Positions 21,166 to 29,355 of a DNA stretch of 64,000 nucleotides are shown piece after piece. The stretch lies in the IMG/VR virus record IMGVR_UViG_3300025765_000001; one strand, 5' to 3'. This DNA comes from a virus (taxonomy: Duplodnaviria; Heunggongvirae; Uroviricota; Caudoviricetes). A model generated the notes under the pieces. It had not been told where the DNA came from. It searched no databases and was given only the letters and a program-made list of their open reading frames with translations. A program made the position numbers and the translations under genes. The number at the start of each line of letters is the position of its first letter. The first letter of the stretch is position 1.

Positions 21166-22188
21166 ATGCGACCCGCAAGCAACTACCTCAAGCTGGTGGA
21201 CGAGGGCAAGCTGCTGCCTTACGACGAGTACGACCATATCATCGTGAGCTACAGCGGCGGCAAGGATAGTCTGGCCCTGACCCTACTGGCGATTGAGGAT
21301 ATGCCGCTCGAAAAGGTCGAGCTTTGGCACCAGCACGTTGACGGCGAGCCGAGCCAGGACAACGGCCTGATGGACTGGCCTTGCACTCATGGTTACTGCA
21401 AGGCCACGGCTTCTGTGTTCGGTTTCCCGCTCTACTTCCAGTGGAAACACGGCGGGTTCCTGGGCGAAATGCTCCGAGAGAACAGCCGCACACAGGGCAT
21501 CAGCTATCAAGCGGTCGATGGCCGCACGATCTACCTGCCGCCCTCCGACCGTGGCAAGCTGGCGACCCGTCGCCTGTTCCCCCAGGTGTCGGCGGACCTG
21601 TCTGTGCGGTGGTGCAGTGCGTATCTCAAGATCGACGTGGCCCGGCGTGTCATCAACAACGACCCTCGCTTCGACAATGCGAAGGTGTTGTTCCTGACGG
21701 GCGAGCGTCGGCAGGAGTCCACGGCCCGCAGTAAGTACGCCGAGGTCGAAGAACACGCTTGCAGCGGCAAGCGGCGGCGTGTAGACCAGTGGCGTATGGT
21801 GATCGACTGGACCGAGGAAGATGTCTGGAACATCATCAAGACTCATCATGTTGTGCCACACCCAGCGTATCGGCTGGGTTGGGGCCGGGTGAGTTGCATG
21901 GCCTGCATCTTCGGCGATGCGGACCAGTGGGCCAGCGTGCGGAGGATCGCACAAGAGCGGTTCAACAGGATCGCCGCCTATGAAACCGAGTTCGGCAAGA
22001 CCATCAAGAAGGGCCTGACCGTGCTGCAACAGGCCGACAAGGGCCAGTCCTTCGTTGATGATGCACCGGAATGGCTCATCAAGCTGGCGATGAGTCCGAA
22101 CTACCCGACCGGTCAAGTGTTCTTCTCGCACGGCCAGCCGTGGGAGTTGCCTGCGGGAGCGTACAAGCGGTGCGGTGGACCGAGCTAA
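21166..22188 (+). CDS. phosphoadenosine-phosphosulfate (PAPS) reductase family protein
   Basis: PP-loop SYSGGKDS, RWCSAYLKI, GERRQES..R, HPAY..GWGRVSCMACIF. Confidence 0.9.
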   Translation: MRPASNYLKLVDEGKLLPYDEYDHIIVSYSGGKDSLALTLLAIEDMPLEKVELWHQHVDGEPSQDNGLMDWPCTHGYCKATASVFGFPLYFQWKHGGFLGEMLRENSRTQGISYQAVDGRTIYLPPSDRGKLATRRLFPQVSADLSVRWCSAYLKIDVARRVINNDPRFDNAKVLFLTGERRQESTARSKYAEVEEHACSGKRRRVDQWRMVIDWTEEDVWNIIKTHHVVPHPAYRLGWGRVSCMACIFGDADQWASVRRIAQERFNRIAAYETEFGKTIKKGLTVLQQADKGQSFVDDAPEWLIKLAMSPNYPTGQVFFSHGQPWELPAGAYKRCGGPS

Positions 22189-22282
22189 CAAAAGCACCCT
22201 GGGCCTTCGGCCCAGGGTGCTAGATCATCCTAGTTGTGTTGTACAGGACAGGGCGACGAGAACCCAAACACGAGGTATACCG

Positions 22283-22708
22283 ATGACCCCTGAGCAGATC
22301 AAGACCAAGTATGAACCCCGCATCCTCGTCATCCTCAACGCAATGCGGACGGCGTTGAATGAGGCGGGCCACAACTGCGGCGAGTCGTTTGACATGAGTT
22401 CGGACGACTACCGCTGGTCCATGATCATCAATGGCGATGATGGCAGCAACGGCATCAACATCAGCTTCATCATCGCCGAGAGTGAGTATTGGGACGGCGA
22501 GGAAAACGGCGTCAACTTTATGGTGGACGTGGTTGAGTTCGGCGGTCGCATGTTGGGAGGGCTGTGCCCGTACAACTACAGCAACAAGGTATGGGTCAGC
22601 CGTGATGATGAGGACGCTATCGAAGAGCGGTTCCGCATCTTCGAGCAGGCCGACCCCGCCGACATCATCAAATGCGTGGAACAGTCGGACATTTGCCCAT
22701 CGGCCTAA
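22283..22708 (+). CDS. acidic hypothetical protein
   Basis: motif 22232 + leader. Confidence 0.75.
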   Translation: MTPEQIKTKYEPRILVILNAMRTALNEAGHNCGESFDMSSDDYRWSMIINGDDGSNGINISFIIAESEYWDGEENGVNFMVDVVEFGGRMLGGLCPYNYSNKVWVSRDDEDAIEERFRIFEQADPADIIKCVEQSDICPSA

Positions 22709-22850
22709 GTCTGCGGTGAAGGCTCAACCCAATGAGGTAGGCCAGAGCGGATGGGAACAGCCCCAGGGCGAAAGCCCTGGGGCTGGCCGGTATACCAGGA
22801 GTTGTGTTGTACAGGGAAGGGCGAGGAACGAACCAACACGAGGACCAACC

Positions 22851-22951
22851 ATGTCAGTCAAGATGCGTCAGCACGTCGAGGCAACCCGTTGTCTACAACG
22901 CTGACACCCATGCTCAACGTCCTGGTCTATGAGTGGTTTCCAGACTGGTGA
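22851..22951 (+). pseudogene. internally deleted unit remnant
   Basis: starts MSVKMRQHVE (paralog of 23207 gene), then joins a sequence duplicated at 23551-23611. Confidence 0.7.
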
Positions 22952-23000
22952 GGTTGCGTAGTACAGGCGAGGGCGAGACACCTAACACGAGGACCAGACC

Positions 23001-23159
23001 ATGTGGGAAAACGCTTCCTATGAAACCAAGCTACGGATTCTCGAAGCCGAGTCCACGGTGATGATCGGCCTGCTGCTTGAGGATGTCACACTCGTTGACA
23101 TGATCCGGCGTGGTGAATCGCAGGCCGCTTGCCTGAACTACATCAACGAGAACTGGTAG
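23001..23159 (+). CDS. 52-aa hypothetical (not in ORF track)
   Basis: motif 22952 + CACGAGGACCAGACC-ATG; MWENASYETKLRILEAE... Confidence 0.7.
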   Translation: MWENASYETKLRILEAESTVMIGLLLEDVTLVDMIRRGESQAACLNYINENW

Positions 23160-23206
23160 AGTTGTGACGTACAAGGCAAATCAACCTATCACGAGGAACC
23201 AAGACC

Positions 23207-23536
23207 ATGAGCGTCAAGATGCGTCAGTGTGTCGAGCGGATCATCGCCCGTCGTGTTATTTTGGACCTGAAGGCGGCTGGCTTCCTGCTCAACATCAACA
23301 ACGGCGGGGATGACTATGAACTTCCCCGGCCCACGAATAACATCAAGGAATTGCTGGCGGCGATGTTCGCCACGGACGATGAGCGGCTGTACGTCTTCCG
23401 GCCCGGCCAGGAAAAACCCTTCGCCTGGGTGTGGTTCGTGTACGGAAATGATGGGTGGGACGTGGTGAGCGACTACACCACCAATATCGACGCCTACATG
23501 AAGGGGGCCAGCGAGTTAGCCAACAAGTACAGCTAA
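23207..23536 (+). CDS. hypothetical protein
   Basis: motif 23160; WVWFVYGNDGWDVVSDY. Confidence 0.8.
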   Translation: MSVKMRQCVERIIARRVILDLKAAGFLLNINNGGDDYELPRPTNNIKELLAAMFATDDERLYVFRPGQEKPFAWVWFVYGNDGWDVVSDYTTNIDAYMKGASELANKYS

Positions 23537-23667
23537 GATACGTCGTACAGGGCAACCCGTTGTCTACAACGCCGACACGTCCTGGTCTATGAGTGGTTTC
23601 CAGACTGGTGAGGTTGTGTAGTACAAGGCAGGGCGAGGCGGAAACGAACCCCAATACGAGGATGACC

Positions 23668-24300
23668 ATGAAGAAGCTCATCGTTCGGATCGAACACGAC
23701 AGCGACATTGAGAACCCCTGCGAGAACGGCGATAACCAGTGGACGCTGTATAGCTTCTGCTCTCGCCATGTCAACTTCAAGCATCCCGATGACCTAGGCG
23801 TGACCGTGGGCCGCAATCACGTCGAGAAGGTCAGCAACCGCACGCTCAAGCGTCGGCTCGAATGTGGGCACGCCTTCTGGCTGGGATACTTCGAGCATGG
23901 ACAGTCCTGCTGGTTCAGGACCAATACCCCGCCCGTTGGAGTTGAGTTCCAGTGGGACGGCGTTCGCTATGCTGGCCTGCTGGTCTGGGAACACAAGCCG
24001 TCCGAAATGGGAGCCAAGACCTATGAGGACCGGGCCAAGGACGCCGACCTTTTCCTGCGAGTCTATACGTCCTGGGCCAATGGCGAAGGGCTGTACTACG
24101 TCATCGAAGATGAGGACGGCGAGCATGTCGATTCGTGCGGCGGCTTCTACGGCTGCGATTCGGACTACATGCTGCGAGAAATGGCCCATGAATTGATCGG
24201 CCACGAGTTCGAGGTCCAAGGCTATGCAGACTACCTGGAAGATGATCTGCGATCCATCGTTCGAGAACTGGAAGCCAAGCAGGAAACGACAACGGCCTAA
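23668..24300 (+). CDS. phage hypothetical protein
   Basis: motif 23612; WD.....G....Y..W.NG...DSCGGFYG pattern. Confidence 0.8.
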   Translation: MKKLIVRIEHDSDIENPCENGDNQWTLYSFCSRHVNFKHPDDLGVTVGRNHVEKVSNRTLKRRLECGHAFWLGYFEHGQSCWFRTNTPPVGVEFQWDGVRYAGLLVWEHKPSEMGAKTYEDRAKDADLFLRVYTSWANGEGLYYVIEDEDGEHVDSCGGFYGCDSDYMLREMAHELIGHEFEVQGYADYLEDDLRSIVRELEAKQETTTA

Positions 24301-24556
24301 CATGGCCGGGCTGCACCCGCCGCAAGGCGGGTGCAGCTAGATCATCTAAGTTGTGTTGTACAGGGCAGGGCGAGATGGATGACATGACCGTCACTGGCGA
24401 CGAGATGGAGAGCGAACGCACTACCGATGCATAAGGTGTGCGTGTCGAACATTACTTGCAATCTACAACCGTGGTGATTTTCTAGTGCGAATCTAAATCG
24501 GTCTAGTTGTGTTGTACTAGAGAGGACGGAATCTCACAAGCACGAGGACCAGGACC

Positions 24557-24925
24557 ATGAGCGTCGATGCTGTCGAGGAAATGCCGCACGGCAACCGTAT
24601 CGTCAATGCCTTCGAGCGTAAAAAGGCCGAGATCGCCAAGCGAATCAAGGACGGCCTGACCACGGCGGAAAAGGTCGAGATCGCCCGCAAGAGCCTAGAC
24701 ATGAACCTGGAGGAATATATCTCGCTCCAAGAAGTCAAGTCCCTGGCCGTCGCAATGGAACTGCTCACCGTCGATGAGGGCCAGTCCATCTATGCGGCCC
24801 TTGAGGGCGGCATCGAGATATTCAACCGCCAGCCGGTCCATATCAAGCACGTCATCAACGGCTTGCACGTTCAGCTTCTCATCTGGAAGCGTGCAGGCTG
24901 CCCGGTCCCGAAGAAGAAAGACTAG
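24557..24925 (+). CDS. hypothetical protein
   Basis: motif 24505 + leader. Confidence 0.75.
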   Translation: MSVDAVEEMPHGNRIVNAFERKKAEIAKRIKDGLTTAEKVEIARKSLDMNLEEYISLQEVKSLAVAMELLTVDEGQSIYAALEGGIEIFNRQPVHIKHVINGLHVQLLIWKRAGCPVPKKKD

Positions 24926-24981
24926 GCCAGTTGTGTAGTACATGAGAAGGCGGATCAGTCACCTAATCAGGAGTTAGACTA

Positions 24982-25539
24982 ATGGCGACCATCACTCGTG
25001 ACGAACTGGAAACCATGCTTCGAGGTCTGGACCGCCCTCTCATCGCTACCCTGCTCACCGACGTTGAGCCGGAAATGGTGAAGAAGGATCGGGAAACCAA
25101 AGAGCCGAACCCCTACCTGGGCCGTGTCCGCAAGCAGTCCAGGGTCAACGGTATCATCGGTGCGTGGAACTACACGAACGCCGTCAACAACCAGCGGATG
25201 CGTGAGTCCGACGCCGAAACCGTGGAAGAGGTCGAGGCCGTGCCGATCTTCGAGGCACTGCCGAGAGCCTGGGGCGAACGGCTGACCGGAACTGCCCTGG
25301 TCCACCACAAGGGCCAGTATTACGTCGAGGTCAAGGTCGAGCGGGCTATCGAAACGGTCTACATGATCGACGGCAGACCGGCGAGCGAGGCCGAGGTCGA
25401 GGCCATCCGGCGATACCTGCCCAAGCGTGAAAACGAAGGGCAGCGGCAAGAGGTCGAGAAAATCGTGGTCCTTCGTGATTACAAGCTCGACTCCATCAAG
25501 GCCGTGCGTGTCGGCGGCGAACAGTATGACGTGAACTAA
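24982..25539 (+). CDS. phage hypothetical protein
   Basis: motif 24929, AGGAG RBS; NPY.GRVRK...Y.NAVNNQ. Confidence 0.8.
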   Translation: MATITRDELETMLRGLDRPLIATLLTDVEPEMVKKDRETKEPNPYLGRVRKQSRVNGIIGAWNYTNAVNNQRMRESDAETVEEVEAVPIFEALPRAWGERLTGTALVHHKGQYYVEVKVERAIETVYMIDGRPASEAEVEAIRRYLPKRENEGQRQEVEKIVVLRDYKLDSIKAVRVGGEQYDVN

Positions 25540-25644
25540 TCACAGGTTAGGCGGGCCATACGGCCCGCCTAACCTAGATCGGCTGTGTTCAGTTGTACGA
25601 GTGAGGGCGAGGTCGGAAGCGATAGCTCTAACCACGAGGTGACC

Positions 25645-25851
25645 ATGCACGCCAAGAAGGACAAGTACGACGGCTCAGGATACTACGAACTGCGGCACGA
25701 AAGCCGCTTGCTCAAGCGGGGAAATTATACCTACTGCGTTGCAGCCCTGCAATCGGTTTGCGGTTACTCCATCGAACGGGCTGCGGTCGAAGGCTACACC
25801 ATCCTGCCCATCGCCATGAACTGCTTGACCGGCGAGAACAAGATCGGCTAG
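25645..25851 (+). CDS. hypothetical protein
   Basis: motif 25586 + leader. Confidence 0.7.
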   Translation: MHAKKDKYDGSGYYELRHESRLLKRGNYTYCVAALQSVCGYSIERAAVEGYTILPIAMNCLTGENKIG

Positions 25852-25913
25852 TGAGGTTGTGTTGTACAGGGCAGGGCGAGGCGAATGACAAAACTATTCC
25901 GCACGAGGTCAAC

Positions 25914-26174
25914 ATGACTGACAAAACCAAGACCGAGGTTCGGCTGACTTCTACCCCCTGGATCAACACGCCCGGCGTGCTGCGATGGACAATCAACGGC
26001 TACAAGTTCAAGAAGAACCGCAAGGCCATGCGGTGGATTCTCACCAAGGGCTACAACCTGACCGATGAGGTTGCGGACGGCCTGCTCAGCGGCAAGATTC
26101 CGCACCGCATCGAGGGCGAGGACGTGGTTTTCGAGGTCGAGGACGAGTACAAGCGGGCTGCCGTTGTTATGTAG
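25914..26174 (+). CDS. hypothetical protein
   Basis: motif 25855 + leader. Confidence 0.75.
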   Translation: MTDKTKTEVRLTSTPWINTPGVLRWTINGYKFKKNRKAMRWILTKGYNLTDEVADGLLSGKIPHRIEGEDVVFEVEDEYKRAAVVM

Positions 26175-26220
26175 TACAGGACAGGGCGAGTAAGACAACA
26201 AACCCAAACCGAGGTAAAAC

Positions 26221-26799
26221 ATGAACACGATCAAGCGAACCCTGAACCTAGGCAAGATCGCCCTGACCGGCAAGACCAAGCGAAACGAAGTCAGCCTTGA
26301 GCTTACCATCGGCACCGAGGGCACTGCAAGCGTTCAACGTGATTGGGATACTCTCGCCGAGGTCAAGGGCGGTGTGCGTATCTCCATCTGCGGCCACGTC
26401 TGGAACGCAACTACCCGCACCAAGTTGGCGACGGGCGGGCAGATCATCGACGTTATCTGCACCTACTTCGACCACGATAGGCGGGTCATGCGGATTTGTG
26501 CCCTCTGGGACCGCTGGCACCTAAACGACATGAAGGCCGGGACCAGAGTACAGACTGCCTACCTGGACGGCTACAAGGCGGCTCTGTTCAACGCCGGATC
26601 GGTCCTCAAGGGGGCCGAGGCCGTGGCCCAGGTCGAGACGTTCCGCCGTCTGTTCCAAACGAACTACCATAAGACCGCAAGCGGCATCCTCAAAGCCGCT
26701 GGCCTGCTGGTGGACCGGGGCTATAAGTACGGGTCTGCGTGGCTGATCGAACAGCCCCCGGCCCAGGTCATCGAAGAACTACAGGAGTTGTTCAGCTAA
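26221..26799 (+). CDS. phage hypothetical protein
   Basis: GGQI...WDRWHLNDMKAG...GYKYGSAWL pattern. Confidence 0.8.
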   Translation: MNTIKRTLNLGKIALTGKTKRNEVSLELTIGTEGTASVQRDWDTLAEVKGGVRISICGHVWNATTRTKLATGGQIIDVICTYFDHDRRVMRICALWDRWHLNDMKAGTRVQTAYLDGYKAALFNAGSVLKGAEAVAQVETFRRLFQTNYHKTASGILKAAGLLVDRGYKYGSAWLIEQPPAQVIEELQELFS

Positions 26800-26898
26800 C
26801 ACCTAGAGGCCCGCCCCTACGGGGCGGGCCTCAGTTGACCGACTGTGTTGAGTAGTACAGAGCAGGGCGACCAAGCAAACCATGTTGCAAGGACTACC

Positions 26899-27069
26899 AT
26901 GAACGCCGATCGTGCGAAAGACAAGGCTCGAACCCTGGCCCGCAAGCAGGCCCGCAAACAGAAGCAGGACGGCTGGTTACCCATCACCCAGCAGCGGCCC
27001 ATGAAGCACGACCGGCCTCGCAAGGCACCGAAGGGCTGGGAATACGTCGAAACCAGCGTGGAGGATTAG
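26899..27069 (+). CDS. small basic hypothetical
   Basis: motif 26846. Confidence 0.65.
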   Translation: MNADRAKDKARTLARKQARKQKQDGWLPITQQRPMKHDRPRKAPKGWEYVETSVED

Positions 27070-27124
27070 TCTAGTTGGGTCGTACAGGCGAGGGTGAGCA
27101 ACGAAACCCCAAGGAGCTAGTCCC

Positions 27125-27397
27125 ATGACCAAGACTGTGCTTGCGTTCCTGGCGGATGGCGGCGACGGCAAGGCCCTGGTGGGCCGTCAGGTCAACTTCG
27201 TTCATTGCAGCGGCAATACCAAGACGGCCCGCCTGGAGTCGGTCAACGACAACGGCACGGCTACCATTCGCTACAACGGGCGAACCGATGCGGACTGGTA
27301 TTTGCCCTTCGCCCTGCCCCTGGGCGAGTTGACCCTGGAGCTAGGGGCCGATGAACTGCCCCCGTACTATGACGCCAGACCGCTCACCCAACGGTGA
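27125..27397 (+). CDS. hypothetical protein
   Basis: motif 27073, AAGGAG. Confidence 0.7.
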   Translation: MTKTVLAFLADGGDGKALVGRQVNFVHCSGNTKTARLESVNDNGTATIRYNGRTDADWYLPFALPLGELTLELGADELPPYYDARPLTQR

Positions 27398-27491
27398 GCG
27401 GTGGGCCGGGACTAGTCCCGGTCCTAAACCGGGTGAGTTGAGTAGTACGACTGAAGGCGAGGAACGATCACCCCGAACTGAGGACAACGCA

Positions 27492-27851
27492 ATGCACCCG
27501 AAGCTCAGCAAGCTCACCCGCCTGGGAAACAGCGTCTCTGTGTTCGTGCCTTCGCTTATCCACGCCACGGAGAACGACGGTGGAGCCAAGCAGAAGGAAT
27601 GGACCGACCGGCTCATGGTGGAACAGGCCAAGATGTTCGGCGGCGTCTCGGTCTACACCGTCGAAGGCGGCTGGTGGTCCGGCACGCATGGCTTGATTCG
27701 TGAAGGTGTCAAGGTGGTCCAGAGCATGGCTTCCGATGCCGACCTGGACGCCCATATCAAAACCGTCATCGGTCTGGCTGAACGAATGAAGGCTGACATG
27801 AGCCAGGAAGCGGTCTCGGTCATGGTCAACGGCGAAATGTATCTGGTCTGA
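27492..27851 (+). CDS. DUF3574-like small protein
   Basis: FGG.S.....GGW......LIRE.V..V...M.QEAV. Confidence 0.65.
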   Translation: MHPKLSKLTRLGNSVSVFVPSLIHATENDGGAKQKEWTDRLMVEQAKMFGGVSVYTVEGGWWSGTHGLIREGVKVVQSMASDADLDAHIKTVIGLAERMKADMSQEAVSVMVNGEMYLV

Positions 27852-28231
27852 CCAGAGCGACCGGCCCATAGGCCGGTCGCAATTTGCACCAGTCCGTGTA
27901 CAACGCATCTCACCAGGTCAAGAACAGGAGCGGGACAGCTAGCAATTTTATTTCGCCCACCTGTGTTGAGTTGTACGGGGGCGGGTGAAGGCCGAAACAA
28001 CCAGTCGAACCGAGGGCATCGCAATGCGGCGTCTCTTCTCCCACGGGCGGCGTAAGCTGTTCGGCAAACCCGTCTGGAGCAGCGGCTTGACGAACTGATT
28101 GCCGACCGCAAACGGATCACCCAACACCAACACCATCTGGGCGAGGCTGAGATCGAGCGGCGTATCCGGGGCTGATCTAGTTGTGTAGTACATGCAAGGG
28201 CGAAGTCGGAAGCATCCTCAGAGTGTGTCTC

Positions 28232-28438
28232 ATGAAGCTGGCTGACCTGGGCAACTGCAAGACCGGCTACTGGGTCGGGGTCCAGACCGGCAAGAAGGTC
28301 GTAGCTGTCTCGCCCGTCTTCACCTACAAGCAGCAGGCCGAGGCATGGAACGACCAGCAGAATCTCCCTAGCCGTGCCCTGGCATGGACGTACAAGGAAG
28401 CGGCCCGCTCCAGCGGGCCGCTTCGATCGGCACCCTGA
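28232..28438 (+). CDS. hypothetical protein
   Basis: motif 28179. Confidence 0.6.
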   Translation: MKLADLGNCKTGYWVGVQTGKKVVAVSPVFTYKQQAEAWNDQQNLPSRALAWTYKEAARSSGPLRSAP

Positions 28439-28474
28439 GTTAAGTAGTACAGGGTAGGGCGAGGAGGACAAAAC

Positions 28475-28705
28475 ATGATCCCGTTCCTGCTGGCTCTGCT
28501 GTTCCTGGCTTCCCCTGGCTTGATGGCCTTGCTCGCTGGCGGGCTGTCGTATTACGGCTATCGCCGTCACACGGTCCTGGGCGAGTGGTCCTGGGATGCC
28601 TTCGGCGATGGGCTGGTGATGTTCGCTGCCGTCTGGCTCGGTGCTGGTTGGCTGCTTTGCCCCGCTCATCTACATGAGCGGGGCGTGATGAGTAGTACAG
28701 TGTAG
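28475..28705 (+). CDS. small membrane protein
   Basis: two hydrophobic segments; GAGGAGG RBS. Confidence 0.65.
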   Translation: MIPFLLALLFLASPGLMALLAGGLSYYGYRRHTVLGEWSWDAFGDGLVMFAAVWLGAGWLLCPAHLHERGVMSSTV

Positions 28706-28741
28706 GGCGAAGTGGACGACACACAACCCAAACCGAGGACG

Positions 28742-29068
28742 ATGAACATGGCTCACCGACGTTGCGAAGACGCCCCCTGCTGCGGCTGCTGCCCGGACTA
28801 CACCCAGGCCGAACCCTACGACCCGGAGTTCATGGACCACGACTTCGACGACGTGGACCACGACTTCGATGACGTGGACCACGACTTCGACGATGACGTG
28901 GACCACGACTTCGACGATGACGTGGACCGGTCCTATGATGACGAAGAGCCGGACCAGTTCCGTGACGACGTGGAGGCCGATGCCGACGTGCTGCGGTCTG
29001 CTGGCTTCGGGACCGATGAGGACTACGGTGCCTATGAGGACATGGGCGATTGGGGCTATGGCGACTAG
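28742..29068 (+). CDS. very acidic protein with RCEDAPCCGCC motif and DHDFDD(D)V repeats
   Basis: 21/24-bp tandem repeats ~28833-28930. Confidence 0.75.
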   Translation: MNMAHRRCEDAPCCGCCPDYTQAEPYDPEFMDHDFDDVDHDFDDVDHDFDDDVDHDFDDDVDRSYDDEEPDQFRDDVEADADVLRSAGFGTDEDYGAYEDMGDWGYGD

Positions 29069-29088
29069 GGCTAGGCCCTAGCTCTGTG

Positions 29089-29127
29089 TGATATGGACCG
29101 GTCCATGCAATGGACCGGTCCATATCA
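29089..29127. repeat. nested perfect palindrome at right edge of array
   Basis: TGAT-ATGGACCGGTCCAT-GCA-ATGGACCGGTCCAT-ATCA. Confidence 0.9.
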
Positions 29128-29355
29128 TTATCAACAATGTGAAAATTATTTTGAAAAACCTAAAGAGTTAGGTAGTACATGGGGGGTAGGCGGCAGCCAT
29201 TACGCTTTTTTCTTTTGATCTCGTGTTTCAAAACTAGAAATACAGGAATTTGCATTTCTCCTATAGAAACTTGGTTCCATCTCATTGGGTGGTATAAAAG
29301 AAAAGAAAAAAGCAGGCGTAGCGGCCTGCTTTTTCCTCCCAGTCCAGGGGTTCCC

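Larger units (their letters stand above)
10475..29178 (+). promoter_or_regulatory. ~40 copies of conserved gene-start motif WGWT-NN-GT-N-GTAC (probable phage early promoter), usually followed by R-GGGCAGGGCGAG and a CACGAGG(A) leader
   Basis: Motif starts at 10475, 10535, 10607, 10726, 10765, 10819, 11164, 11988, 12555, 14004, 14563, 15051, 15603, 16035, 16404, 16809, 18160, 19477, 20378, 20912, 21106, 22232, 22800, 22952, 23160, 23536, 23612, 24349, 24505, 24929, 25586, 25855, 26165, 26846, 27073, 27436, 27964, 28179, 28438, 28686, 29166 (a few with one mismatch); mostly ~35-55 nt before an ATG. Confidence 0.85.

Noticed and set aside
27653-28669. 338-aa minus-strand ORF (and similar antisense ORFs across the array)
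   Set aside because: Crosses several motif-led + strand genes; GC-rich shadow ORF.
10475-29178. Classical integron cassette array
   Set aside because: No attC architecture (RYYYAAC...GTTRRRY imperfect palindromes) and no integrase in the window; the motif is short, asymmetric and at a fixed distance from start codons.
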